The notes beneath the pieces are model-generated. The model made no database searches and was not told the DNA's origin. It saw only the letters and a list, made by a program, of their open reading frames with translations. Position numbers and translations under genes: made by a program. A stretch of 64,000 nt of DNA from Octopus vulgaris (Eukaryota): positions 61,752,001 through 61,816,000 of the forward strand of contig OX597815.1 in assembly GCA_951406725.2 (NCBI GenBank), written 5' to 3'. This document shows, one piece after another, positions 1 through 12,702 of this stretch; position 1 is the first letter of the stretch, and each line of letters begins with the position of its first letter.

Positions 1-268
1 AAACATTGACAGTTGTAGACACGTACTTTGACTTCCATAGGTTTCGTCAGCACACCAATTGTTCTGCCTTATCTTGAACAGACCAGACATTTAGACACAT
101 TAACCTCTAGATAATTTGCATAAGTGAATGGAATGTGAGATTAGAGAAAGACCTCAGACTGGATAATATATTGAGTTATACATCATTTCTGCACTGCGGA
201 AAATACATTTTAATATACTTTACAACTTATACATTTCGACATATGTGTCTGAGTACGTGTGTGTGAGT

Positions 269-361
<93 letters not shown>

Positions 362-597
362 ATGGCTGGTCAATATATATCTATATTTACACATGTACAA
401 AAATGGATAATCAACAATGAAATCTATAGGAAGAAAGTACATACAGTGGAAATAATCGGCAAAGTATCTGCCTATTGCACGTAGCACGTAGCTGTTATAT
501 TTGTCTCGGAAAGAAATTGCACATACTGCAATAGCCAGCTATATTCCTCAATCAGGAGTCCAACCTCTCCGTTTGCAGTCAGTGGTACAGTTGTCAT

Positions 598-982
598 TAC
601 TCTTTTACTTGTTTCAGTCATTTGACTGTCGCCATGCTGAAGCACCGCCTTTAGTCGAGCAAATCGAACCTAGGACTTATTCTTTGTAAGCCTAGTCGGT
701 CACCTTTGTCGAATTGCTAAGTTACGGGGACGTAAACACACCAGCATCGGTTGTCAAGCGATATTGGGGGTGGGGGGACAAACACAGACACACAAACATA
801 TATATATATATATACATATATACTACGGGCTTCTTTCAGTTTCGACTACAAAAATCTACTCACAAGGATTTAGTCGGCCTGAGGCTGTAGAAGAAGACAC
901 TCAAGGTGCCTCGCAGTGGGACTGAACCCGGAACCATGTGGCTGGTAAGCAGGCTACTTACCACACAGCCACTCCTACGCCT
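598..982 (-). mobile_element. tRNA-derived SINE family A (CORE-like), near full length
   Basis: Minus strand starts AGGCGTAGGAGTGGCTGTGTGGTAAG (A box) ... GGTTCAGTCC (B box). It has an internal (TA)/(CA) tract and a 3' hairpin CAGTCAAATGACTG before an AAGTAAAAGAG tail. More than 10 homologous copies occur in the window. Confidence 0.9.
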
Positions 983-1332
983 CTGGATAATTTTAAACAA
1001 CTGCCACTAACAATTATTTCTTTATTATCCATAAGGATTAATAACATAGATGGGGACAGTACAACTGCCACTAACAATACCACCACAGTTCCACTATCAC
1101 CATATCCACATTCTGCCACATGATGACTTCTCGATACTACTTATGAGGGAGCTGCCAGATGATCGTTCAAACTGCCAGAAATGGCAGCCAAAGCTCTCTC
1201 AAGTGACAACTTAATACAGACACAGATATTGTAGTTTTAAACGCTTTTAACAGATTGGATGGCCACAAATGGATTGGCTTTGATTGTAGGTTTGCCGAAT
1301 GATGGTTGCTCTGGGACTAAACAACAATACAA

Positions 1333-1679
1333 TCACCACCACCACGACCACCACCTCCACCACCACCACCACCACCACCACGACCACATCCACCACCACC
1401 ACCACCACCACCACCACCACCACCACCACCACCACCACCACCACAACAACAACAACAACAACAACAACGACAACAGCAACAACAACAGCAACAACAAAAA
1501 GAACTTCCAACCACTAATACCACCACCATCATCACTGACAGCGCCATTTTCAGACTACCATCTCCGTGAGGACCATCACAATCACTACCACAGTCTTTTA
1601 CCATCACCTTCTTTACCACAACCGCTACAACCACTACCACAGCCGCCAATATCATCACCACCACCACCTCCACCACCAC

Positions 1680-1747
<68 letters not shown>

Positions 1748-1757
1748 ACGACAACAA
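1333..1757. repeat. Compound trinucleotide microsatellites (CAC/CAA; CAC/CCG/CGA/CAA)
   Basis: In-phase runs are directly visible and explain the poly-H/N/P/T ORFs. Confidence 0.95.
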
Positions 1758-2461
1758 TGCTGTCAGTGTATGTTATTGACGTTAATATGATAATGCGGAC
1801 AACTTGCTTTCAGTGGGTGGGAGGTGACCCCCACCTGAGAGGGGTCAATCCATGTCGGGGCTGGCTTGTCACGCCGACTGACTCCATTTGTTTAGCCACC
1901 TCCTCTCCCATTTACACTTTTGTCTACTAGATTGTGGACGATGGACGAAAGACGAAAGGAGAGTGTTTGCGTGTCTGTCTGTGCGAGTGTGTGTGTATGT
2001 GTGTGCATGTGGGTGTGCGTACGCGCGTGTATATTTGCGTGTGTGCGTGTGTATGTGAGTTTGTATGGGTGTGTATGTGTTTGTGTGCATGAGTGTGTGT
2101 TGTGTGTGCGTTTGTGTGTATGTGTGTGAGTTTGTTCTTGCATGCATGTGCGTGCGCGTGCTTCCGTGTGTGTGTGTATGTGTGTGTGTGTTGTAGAAAT
2201 AGCGTGTGAGGATGTTTGTGTGAGCAAGAGAGAGAGAGAGAGAGAGAGTGAGGGAGGGTAAGAAAGGAGAATCTATGACTATATACAACAGAGGTTCTCA
2301 ATCGGGGTTTATGTGACGCTTGGAGGTCCATATGTGCAATAGACTGGCTAGAGACCACATGGTTTCGATCTGTGCTGGATCTCCTCGGTACTTGGTCCTC
2401 GTTCGGCAGGCATGGCAGCAGTTTAACCTCGCTTACACTCTTTCTCATAATATCTAAATAC

Positions 2462-2640
2462 AAAAAGCCGGCGAGCTGGCACAATTGTTAACGCGATGGG
2501 CAAAATGTGTTTCACGACATTTTGACCGTCTTTGTTCCGGGTCCAAATTCCGCCGAGGTTGACATTGATCATCATCCTTTTGGGGACCGATAAATAAGTA
2601 CCCCCTGAAATTGCTGCCCTCGTACCCAAAATTTGAAACT
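2462..2640 (+). mobile_element. SINE family B (Meta-domain-like)
   Basis: GGCGAGCTGGCA head, then CAAATTCCGCCGAGGTTGAC...CATCCTTTTGGGGACCGATAAATAAGTAC; homologous to the copies at 54358-55283. Confidence 0.8.
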
Positions 2641-2654
2641 GATATTTTTCTTAT

Positions 2655-3017
2655 TTACTTTTTTCCGTCATTTGATTGCAGCCATGCTGGAGCATCATCT
2701 TAAAGGGTTTTTTGTCCAACAAGCCGACCTCAGGACTTATTTTTAAGCCTAGTACTTATTTTATCGGTCACTTTAGCCGAACCGCTAGGTTACGAGGACG
2801 TAAACACACTAACACCAGTTGTCAAGTGGTGATGGGGTGGTGGACAAAGACAGACACAAAGACACACACACACACACACGACGGGCTTCCAAATCCATTC
2901 ACAAAGCTTTGATCGGCCCGAGGCTATAGTAGAAGACATCCAATGTGCCAAGCAGTAGGACTGAACCCGGAACCATGTGGTTGGGAAGCAAGCTTCTTAG
3001 TACACAGCTACACCTGT
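2655..3017 (-). mobile_element. SINE family A
   Basis: Colinear with 598-982 (GGACTGAACCCGGAACCATGTGG etc.). Confidence 0.88.
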
Positions 3018-3756
3018 AAATACAAAAATATTATAAAATTTTTTAAAACATCGAAAGGCTATAAGGGTTCATCCGCGTAAAAGGGAATCATTGGGGTCCG
3101 TACTTAAAAAGTGGCTAAGAACCACTAATATATATCAACCCCACCCCCATACATACACACGTCAGGCTTGCATGGACGAAAGTGGCTAACCTGTCACGCA
3201 GTGGGATTGAACACGAAACGTCGTGTTTTTAAATTGAACATAACAATCCAATCACACCCGCACCTCGGTTTCATTTCATAATATGTGGCCAAGATGGAGC
3301 ATCGTCTCTGAAGGCTTTAATCTATCACAGCACCCCCAATACCTACTTAAATGAGGTACTTATTTTATCATTCTCTTATTATCGAATTGCAATGTTATAG
3401 ACAGACATAGGTTAAAATGTTTAATTATGATGGTATAGATGACGGTGATGATGATAGCGATGATGATGGCGATGATGTGAGAATGACAAAGACGGAGATG
3501 AAGACGATTGTGATGATAATGGGGTGATGGTACTGATAATGATGAGCGTGAAGCAGAGGAGAACGATGAAAACAAAAATGAGGAAGCGGAGGACGGAAAG
3601 AAGGAGATAAAAGAGGAAGAGGACACAGTGGAAGTGAAGGAGAAGGAGGACTCAACCGGAAACCATGTGGTTGCAAAGTGAAATTCGTAACCACAGCCCA
3701 GGCCTTCATAAATACAGATCCATCCATCCATCCATCCATCCAGCCATCCATCCATC

Positions 3757-3799
<43 letters not shown>

Positions 3800-3809
3800 T
3801 TATACATAC

Positions 3810-3980
3810 ATAGTACAAGGCCCACAATTTCGGGAGTACTTAACTGGTACTTATTTTATTGACCCTGAAAGGATAAAAGGTAAAGTTGACCTCGGTGGAA
3901 TTTGAACTCAGAACATAAAGACAGACGAAATGCTGCTAAGCATTTTGCCCGACGGTCTAACGATTCTGCCAGCTCGGTGT
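3810..3980 (-). mobile_element. SINE family B
   Basis: AACTGGTACTTATTTTATTGACCCTGAAAGGATAAAAGG...GAACTCAGAAC...CTGCCAGCTCG. Confidence 0.85.
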
Positions 3981-4057
3981 CTGATGTTTCTCAGTATATT
4001 GACATACGTAGACAATAAGATATATAAACACTTGTGCACATATGCAAAACACGCACG

Positions 4058-4107
<50 letters not shown>

Positions 4108-4496
4108 TACACACACACACACATACACACACACACGTATACATATACATATTATCATATATATACATCTATATTATATTGTTTTACTTACACACACACA
4201 TACACACCCACAAACAATTTCTTAAATATATTTACGGACACATACGCACACGTACACACATGCATACGCGCGCGCGCAGTGTGAGTCATACGAGTGTACA
4301 AATACCATGGAATATACATTGACACATTTCGTCAGTGTTGTGGTGTGGTGATGTGCATCCAAGTGAAACAGGAGAGAACCAATATTGCAATAAGTTTGAT
4401 GTCTTTTGAGGTGTTTACACACTTACCCACCCCCTCTCGTCTCATCTATTTTATATTTCTTCAACGCCTTTCAGTTATTGAACTGTGACTATGCTG

Positions 4497-4770
4497 AGGT
4501 ACGTGGTTTGCTGATTAGAATCTTCGGCTCACAATCGTAAGGCCGTGAGTTCAATTCTCTGCAGTTCATTATATCTTTGAGCAAGACATTTGATTTCTCT
4601 TTTCTCCACTCCACTTAGCTGATAAGCACGAGTTGTACCTGTATAGTTCAAAGAGGCAGTCTTGTCACTCAATCCGACCCCGAGAACTACGTTAAGGGGT
4701 ATGCTTATCTCTGGAGTGCTCAGCCATTTGCATGTCAAGTTGACGAACACAACTGGCACAGTCGTCATCG
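4497..4770 (+). mobile_element. Old tRNA-derived CORE-like SINE (family D)
   Basis: Degenerate tRNA head (GAGTTCAATTC B box), then TTGAGCAAGACATT...CCACTCCACTTAGCTG. Confidence 0.55.
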
Positions 4771-4869
4771 TAACTTAAAATGACATGACATATTTGTAGG
4801 TTTAATAAAAGCAACAGAAGAGTAAAGGACGAATAAAAAACAGATCGATATAATAAGTACCAGAGCTAA

Positions 4870-5707
4870 AACGAAAAAAGTGTTTTCATTTTCGAAATGT
4901 ACATATAATGCCATTTTATTTCACTTGGTTTTAAAAATTAAACCAGTCAAATGGGTGCTGTTATTGTCCACACACTGTCGAAAGGCATTCACGAAAGTTG
5001 TCCATAACATGACGTGTCATTTCATGTGGAATGGCAGCAATTTCTTGATGAATGGCATCTTTTAATTGTTTAATAGATCGAGGGCAATGAGTGTATACCT
5101 CTGCTTTCAGGTATCTCACAGAAAAAACTGCATGGGTTCAAATCGAGTGATTGGGCAGGCTAACTGATGTCACCACACAATGAGATCAAATGACCGGGGA
5201 ACATCTCCCTCAAAATCCCCAACATATATCAGTGTGGACTGCTGCCCCATCCTGTTGAAACCAAACACTCTCCCTTCGTCAAGTTCTTTCAATCTGGGTT
5301 TCAGAAAATTCTCTAGCATCACACAATATTGATCAGAGTTCACAGTCACTGTAACATTGTCTTCTTCGAAGATGTACAGACCCCAAATGCCAAATTCTAC
5401 TGCTGTAGAATTTCAAGTAATTATGGGATCATGATGACCAAGCCTTAAGTGCATATGGAACAATCTTCATGTTGCAGCTACAGATCCGTTGTCCTTGATA
5501 AACATTTCCCCAATGAAAGTGCAATGCTCACTCGTCCAATGCATGTTAACAGCTGAAAGCAAAATGAAACAAAATGTCACAAAATTGCACCTATTGAAAC
5601 AAAATGGCATTATATGTACATTTCGGAAAAAAAAAAAAATTTCATTCTTTTCTCTATTTCACTTTTATTAAACCTATAAATGTGTCAAATCATTTTGCCG
5701 CACCCTG
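4870..5707 (-). mobile_element. Decayed Tc1/mariner-superfamily transposon (DD37D/DD41D-type)
   Basis: Minus-strand remnants GLYIFEEDNVTVTVNSDQY..MLENFLKPRL, WFQQDGAA and a degenerate ARSLDLNPCSFFL. The terminus reads TA-CAGGGTGCGGCAAAATGA at 5709-5690. Confidence 0.8.
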
Positions 5708-5724
5708 TAAATATGTAAGTGAAT

Positions 5725-5938
5725 TCTGCCTGTGTTTGTGCTTGTCTTCCACCGCTTGTAACCGGCGTTATTTTGTTTATGTCTCCTCAACTAAGGGGTT
5801 CGTAAAAAAAAACGAAAAACAGACTAAGTACCAGAATAAGTACCAGAGCTAAAAAAAAAGTACTGGACGTCATTTGTTTGACCCTTCAAAGTGGTGCTCA
5901 TCATGGCCGCAGCTCAATGTGCGAAACAAACAAAAGAA
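5725..5938 (+). mobile_element. SINE family A, 3' half
   Basis: CCACCGCTTG...GTTTATGTCTCC...CATGGCCGCAG...GAAACAA. Confidence 0.7.
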
Positions 5939-5956
5939 AAAAAAAAAATATATATA

Positions 5957-6402
5957 TCATCATCATCATCATCATCGTTTAACGTCCGCTTTCCATGCTA
6001 GCATGGGTTGGACGATTATGACTGAGGGCTGGCGAACCAGATGGCTGCACCAGGCTCCAATCTTGATCTGGCAGAGTTTCTACAGCTGGATGCCCTTCCT
6101 AACGCCAACCACTCCGAGAGTGTAGTGGGTGCTTTTTACATGCCACCGGCACGGGGGCCAGTCAGGCGGTACAGGCAATGACCTCGCTTGAATTTTTTTA
6201 TACGTGCCACCGGCACAGGTGCCAGTGAAGCTACGTTAGTAACGATCACGCTCAAATGGTGCCCTTTTACATGTCACGGGTACGGAAGCCAGTTGGCTGC
6301 TCTGGCAACGATCACGCTCGGATGGTGCTCTTGGCACCCTACTAGCACATGCACAAGTGCCAGTAAGGCGACGCTGGTAACGATCATACTCGAATGGTGC
6401 CC
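5957..6402 (-). mobile_element. (ATG)n-tailed retroposon fragment with internal ~65-70 bp tandem repeats
   Basis: (CAT)n tail, the GGATGCCCTTCCTAACGCCAACC motif, and four degenerate GCCAGT..AACGATCACGCTC units at 6137-6402. Confidence 0.65.
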
Positions 6403-6597
6403 AAAGAAATCATTGCTATTATTCCTGTGGGAATAAAATTATGTAATTTTACATCATTGTAAAACAATGTAATCATCTTGTCGGGGAAAAAAGAGAATCA
6501 AAGCACATCAATAAGCCATTTTAACCGAAAGTGAATACCGTGCATATGATTGAAGGGATGATGATGATGATATATATATATATTTTTATTATTTTGT

Positions 6598-6847
6598 TCT
6601 TTTACTTGTCTCAGTCATTTAACTGCAGCCATGCGTGACCACCACCTTGAAAGGGTTTTTTAGTCGAACAAATCGACTCCAGGACTTATTTTTTAAGCTA
6701 AGTATTTATTCTGTAGGACTCTTTTGTCGAAGCGCTAAGTTACGAGGACGTAAACACATCAGTACCGGTTGTCAAGCAGTGATGGGGGACAAACACATAC
6801 AAAAACACCCACACACACGTAGCTACACAAACACCCACACACACACA

Positions 6848-6915
<68 letters not shown>

Positions 6916-7052
6916 TATATTCTTTCTTTCAGTTTCCATCTACCAAATCCACCCGCAAAGCTTTGATTGGCCCGAAACTATAGTAGAAGGAACTTACTCA
7001 AGGTACCACACGCACTGGGACTGAACCCGAACCATGTGGTTGAGAAGCAGAT
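6598..7052 (-). mobile_element. SINE family A
   Basis: Colinear with the other copies; expanded internal (CA)n. Confidence 0.85.
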
Positions 7053-7659
7053 TGCGCGTGCGCGCGTGTTATGTATGTGTATGTGAAGGTGTATGTGTGT
7101 GTGTGTGTGTGTGTGTGCATATTATAGCTGGCAATGGGCTTTTGTTAGTAGCCACAAACTGTCATCTCATTTAGGAGAGAATGGAATGACTTGACAGTCA
7201 CAGATGCTCAGTCCAGGTGAAGAAGAGGGAGAGAATTACAACTAGGGTGAGATGTGGTTAGGGGACAACTATTTCTGGAGTAGTAGGTAGTTTCATCAAA
7301 GTGAGACTGCGAATGTTCCTCATAAATTTTGCAAGAAATATATTTTCATTTAATTTCATACTTTATATTGAAACAGTGGTCGTGGTAGTGGCGAGAATGA
7401 ATATGAATTGAAAATAAAACACAACATAATGATTTTTAAATAATAGAAATACACACACACACACACACACACACAAAGCACTTACACACACACACACAAA
7501 CTCACTTACACACACACACACTTACACAAATAATATAACTTTTCCTGACAATCAATCATTCACTCATAAAATACATCGTCAGTTGTTTTAGAAGAAATAC
7601 TTTTAAAGAATTGTAAGTTTAATATTTAATTTCAATTATCTATCAATATATCTATCTAT

Positions 7660-7775
7660 CTAGCTACCGAGCGAACTATTTCTCTCTCTCCCTCCCCTTC
7701 TCTCTCTCTGTCTTACATCTGTTTGTTGTCTACACCACCTGTCTTCGACTTTGGTTTTTCTTGTGAATGAATTCT

Positions 7776-7780
<5 letters not shown>
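7660..7780 (+). mobile_element. Short TA-associated element family E, partial
   Basis: ACATCTGTTTGTTGTCTACACCACCTGTCTTCG matches 63724-63757. Confidence 0.7.
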
Positions 7781-7834
<54 letters not shown>

Positions 7835-7896
7835 GTATATGTGTGTGTGTGTGCACGCACGCACGTGTGAGTGTGTGTGTATGTATAGATACATAC

Positions 7897-7947
<51 letters not shown>

Positions 7948-7951
<4 letters not shown>

Positions 7952-8128
7952 GGAAAAGTTTACGAAAATAAACAAAAGACGAGGGCAGGTGGAGTACAAA
8001 CAAACAGATTTATCAGTATAGCGCTCAGGAATAGAAAAAGTCTTTTACGTTTCGAGCCTACGCTCTTCGACAGAAAGATATTCAGAAAAAAACAAGGAGA
8101 GAAAAAAATGCGTGTAGGAGCTAACGTT
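7948..8128 (-). mobile_element. Family E element with minimal hammerhead-like motif
   Basis: Reverse-complement homolog of 63605-63780. It contains CTTT-CTGTCGA-A-GAGC(GTAG)GCTC-GAAA-CG-TA-AAAG. Confidence 0.75.
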
Positions 8129-8559
8129 CTACCATGGCGTCATATGTATATATATATATACGCACACACATAAAGATAATATATATATATATATATTTAT
8201 ATACACATATATATACGAATACATACGCACACAGACATTCAAACATATATACAAACACATACACACACATATACTCATATACACACATATACAAATGTAT
8301 ATGCGTGCGCAAGCGTATATGCGTCAGTTTGTCTATCTGTCTGTCTGTCTCTATGTATGTATGTAACGAAAAAGTACAAAGCGTTTAGGTAAGAAATTTA
8401 TCAATATTTTTCTCTTTCATTGATTTGAATGTATTCGCCATTTTCTATCACTAACAAACTGTCATCATTATTGAAGGCACGAATATGATGGTGCGTGTGT
8501 GTGTAAATGTGTGTGTACCTGTGTGCGTGTGTATGTGTGTGTGCGTGCGCGCGCGTGTG

Positions 8560-8733
8560 TTTGTCCCTCAACACTGCTTGACGACCGGTGTTCTGTGATA
8601 CGTCCCTGCAAATATGTATCTACTTAAAAAAAAAATACTAAGTACTGGTTTCGAGTCATTCGACTAAAAATTGTTCAATGTGGTGCTCTAACATGGCCGC
8701 AGTGTCACCACTGAAACAAGCAAAAGAAAAAAG

Positions 8734-8735
<2 letters not shown>
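8560..8735 (+). mobile_element. SINE family A, 3' half
   Basis: CTGCTTGACGACCGG...GGTGCTCTAACATGGCCGCAG...CTGAAACAAG. Confidence 0.7.
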
Positions 8736-8783
<48 letters not shown>

Positions 8784-8804
8784 TACACACACACATATGT
8801 AATC

Positions 8805-9203
8805 TTTTATTTGTTTACTCTTTTATTTGTTTCAGTTATTTGACTGCGACCATGCTGGAGCACCGCCTTTAGTCGAACAAATCTACCCCAGGACTTATTC
8901 TTTGTAAGCCTGGTACTTATTCTATCGGTGTCTTTTGTCAAACCGCAAACACGGGGAAACAAACACACCAACATCGGTTGTCAAGTGACGGTGGTGGAGG
9001 GGTGATAAGCAGAGTCACAAAGACACACAAACATATATATACATATATATACATTCGACAGGCTTCTTTCAGTTTCCGTCTGCCAAATCAACTCACAAAG
9101 CTTTGGTCGGCCCGAGGCTTTAGTAGAAGACACTCGCTCAAGGTGTCACGCAGTGGGACTGAACCCGGAACCATGTGGTTGTGTAGCAAGCTTCTTACCA
9201 CAG
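8805..9203 (-). mobile_element. SINE family A
   Basis: Colinear, near full length. Confidence 0.9.
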
Positions 9204-9734
9204 CTATCTTATATGTTCTCGCCGCAACCACTCATCCACTTCTCCTAATACTCCTTACTCTTCGTCTACTGTGTAATCTTCTCCTTGAACCGACGTTAAA
9301 CATTTCCCTTCATGTTTACTCCCCTATAATATAATATTATAAAACTATGATTCTCTAGAACTATGGAATCCTGAACATCAGCCGCATCAATCTCAGAAGT
9401 ATGGAAGACCTGTGGATGTGGTGGGCTTGTCCCTCCTCCCAAGTCTGGATATTTTTGCTACTTAAACAAAATAACAAAGTAACACCTCTTTGACAGTCTT
9501 GCTTCACTTCTTTCATGCATCGTTTCACGAAAAACGAAATGCGCAAAAAAATGGAACCTAGAATAAATATATAATATAAAATTAAATCTAAAACATATTT
9601 AAATATTTGTGGGAAATATAAAAAAATAGAGGAATCTAGTTCGGAAACTGTTTTGATTTTAGCTTCAACTTACTTGCACTATTGCTATGACGAGCAAGCA
9701 ACAAGAAGAACAACAATGACGACGACGATTTCTA

Positions 9735-9945
9735 CTTCGGGCACAAGGCCAACAATTTTGGGTGGAAGGAGAGTAGTGGATGCTATCGATTCCAGTACGT
9801 GACTGGTCCTTTATTTTATTGATCTTCGAAAGGAAGATAGGCAAAGTTGATTTCAATGAGATTCAAACTCAGAGCATAAAGAACCTGAAGAAATGTAGTA
9901 AAGCATTTGTTCCAACGCCGTAACAGTTCTGCCAACCCACCACTC
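9735..9945 (-). mobile_element. SINE family B, degenerate
   Basis: GGCACAAGGCCAACAATTTT...ACTGGTCC..GGCAAAGTTGA..AACTCAGAGC. Confidence 0.7.
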
Positions 9946-11256
9946 CGACAACAACAACAACAGAAAGAAATTGGCATGAACGCCACAGTTTACTTCTTCA
10001 AAAAACAATAGGGTGTCTCTTGTACCTGGTAAAAATAAATAACTAAATAAAGGTAAAAAAATAAAAGAAAATAAAAAAGCTCAATAATGTAACGTGTGTC
10101 CAGAGTCGGCGAGTGAAGAGATAATCTAGAGGTAGATTAACTCATTAATCTGCTCTTCCCTCTCTAAGATCTCAGGTTTCAGACTAAGAAGTTTACGGTA
10201 AACAATGGATCAACTCTAGACAGTGAGGTTAAGCTTAAGTCCCGTAATCCTTTGCGTCTAAGAGGCACCGCCTGAACGATAAATCTGGTTATTCATGTGA
10301 AATTGACTTTGGAGGAGTTTTGATCAGTTGTATGCCTGGGGTGTGGGGTGGGGGTGGGATTGAAGTGTGCGGATGCAATTTAACGTTTAAGGTCTTCACC
10401 CTTGGTTTGAGAGAGAGAAGGGGGAGAGAAAGAGAGTAAGTGGGTGATGATGATGACGATGTGGCCTTAATGTTGGCTAGCAAAGTGTAGTCCTTGAATT
10501 GTGGGAGTAGTGCTGAGAGGAGAGGAGAAGAGGGAGAAAAAGGGAGAGAAAGGGAAGAAAGAGAAAAGAGAGAGAAGCGAAGAGAGGGAGAAACAAAAGT
10601 GAGCGGTAATGTGAGAAGGTTAAAAATCTGATGGTAGAAAGAGCCGAAGACTAAAGCCAAGAATAAGACATTGGGGTTTACGTTTTATCAAAGAAAATGA
10701 TGGGCTGGCGGGAGGGTGGAATAATTTCAATTTTCCTGTTTAGGTGGAAAAGTCAATTACTTACAGATCATGTTTCGGTTGTATTATAATCTCATCAGCG
10801 AAACTTCCTTTCCTTCTGGCATTGGTTAGTGGCCAGATGTTTATATACGTCGGAAAATTGTCACTGAAATTTTTGTCCAGTACAACTCATACTTTTATAT
10901 AAAGTGGGCTAAGGGAAATAAGTCAAAGTATGAATATAGATAATTCACTTCGATGATGATGTATAAAATGACGTAAACAACTTCAAAAATGAAAGTGGAA
11001 TTTACCTCTCATCTAGAGGAAATATTACAATAATTCTAGTGGCAATTGTTTGAAACTGTCAAAGAGAAGGGGAGATAATTGAATATTTTGTTTGGCGAAA
11101 AAAACTGAAAATTTGCTAGCAGTCATGATGACATCTTGACGTTGGTCTTACTAGACGTCATGAACGATTCATAGTGTTCTCTATCCTGGTTTAATCAGTG
11201 GGCAGACAAGAGGTAAGGATAATTTTGACTAATATAATTTGCATAATGAAAGAAAC

Positions 11257-11475
11257 AGACGTAACTGAAATGGAGTCAATGTCAAGAAATTAAATAATTC
11301 GAGCAGATGATGTACCTAATGATGTGAACTAAAAAGATTTCACTGAATAAAAATTAGTCCCTTGGTTGAAGAATGACACAGTTTTTATTCAGTGAAATAT
11401 TTTTAGTTCACATCATTTGGTACATCATCTGCACGAATTTAATTTCTTGACATTGACTCTATTTCAGTTACGTCT
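11257..11475. repeat. Fold-back palindrome / MITE-like (~97 bp arms, ~27 bp spacer)
   Basis: AGACGTAACTGAAAT...ACTGAATAAAAA is mirrored by TTTTTATTCAGT...ATTTCAGTTACGTCT with few mismatches. Confidence 0.9.
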
Positions 11476-11690
11476 TTTATCTATTTCAGTCATTAAACTG
11501 CGGCCATGCTGGAGCACCGCCTCGAAGAACATCCTAGTACTTACTTTTTTAAAGCCTTATACTTATTCTGCCCGCTCCTCTTGTCGAACCATTAAATTAC
11601 AGGGACGTAAACAAGCCGACACTGGTTGTCAAGCAGTGGCGGGGGACAAACACAGACATGAAGGCTGACACACAGATACAAGCGCGCGCA
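11474..11690 (-). mobile_element. SINE family A, 3' half (5' half at 13502-13662)
   Basis: TTTCAGTCATTAAACTGCGGCCATGCTGGAGCACC...GGACAAACACAGACA. Confidence 0.85.
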
Positions 11691-11780
11691 CACACGCACA
11701 CACAAATACATACATACATACATACATACATACATACATACATACATACATACATGCATACATGCATACATACATAATAC

Positions 11781-11930
<150 letters not shown>

Positions 11931-12050
11931 ACAATAAAGGAACGGCCATAATAGGCCATTCACCCACTAGAAATAACAGCCAAAGCTTCAACCGCAAATA
12001 AAAGTTAATTCAGTAAACCAGGAGAAAATTTAAAAAACATTTACCCTGTA

Positions 12051-12157
12051 ATTTCTTATACGATATACCGTTTCATCTGCTGATTAATGGTAAACTAACC
12101 TGATTAAATTAAATCAAGCCAATCTTCCACAGGCCCTCAGATTCTTCAGTAAGAAAT
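12051..12157 (-). ncRNA. Type I hammerhead ribozyme (monomer copy 1)
   Basis: Reverse complement of the motif at 12596-12702. Confidence 0.85.
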
Positions 12158-12595
12158 AGCCCAAGACGGAACAGATATTTTCACGAGGCATTTCCGACGT
12201 TGCCAAGTTAATATCTGACCTAAAATTTTCAAATCGTCGCACTCGCGCCAAATTTATCGGCAGCAAATAAATATAAGCCGTCGATTCCATTACGGAATTA
12301 ACCAGAAAATTCATAATTAATCAATATAGGGTGGCAAAAAAAATTTTGTAGAATTCTTTTGCCACCAGCGGCCTAGTAGGAAAAAATTAAAATAGTCATA
12401 GACCATTTTTAAGTTCAACATCAACAATAAAGGAACGGCCATAATAGGCCATTCACCCACTAGAAATAACAGCCAAAGCTTCAACCGCAAATAAAAGTTA
12501 ATTCAGTAAACCAGGACGATTTGAAAATTTTAGGTCAGATATTAACTTGGCAACGTCGGAAATGCCTCGTGAAAATATCTGTTCCGTCTTGGGCT

Positions 12596-12702
12596 ATTTC
12601 TTACTGAAGAATCTGAGGGCCTGTGGAAGATTGGCTTGATTTAATTTAATCAGATTAGTTTACCATTAATCAGCAGATGAAACGGTATATCGTATAAGAA
12701 AT
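12596..12702 (+). ncRNA. Type I hammerhead ribozyme (monomer copy 2)
   Basis: Stem I ATTTCTTA/TAAGAAAT; core CTGAAGA; stem II ATCTG/CAGAT closing a long insert; GAAA; stem III A-CGG(TATA)TCG-T; GUA cleavage after 12694. Confidence 0.88.

Larger units (their letters stand above)
2289..3127. mobile_element. hAT/Charlie-like MITE split by two nested SINEs
   Basis: Left end CAGAGGTTCTCAA and right end TAAGAACCACTA resemble the CAGTGGTTCTCAA TIRs of hAT-Charlie MITEs. GGGGTCC sub-terminal motifs occur on both sides. Confidence 0.6.

Noticed and set aside
6137-6402. CRISPR-like repeat/spacer array
   Set aside because: Units are degenerate along their whole length, there are no unique spacers or cas genes, and the context is eukaryotic.
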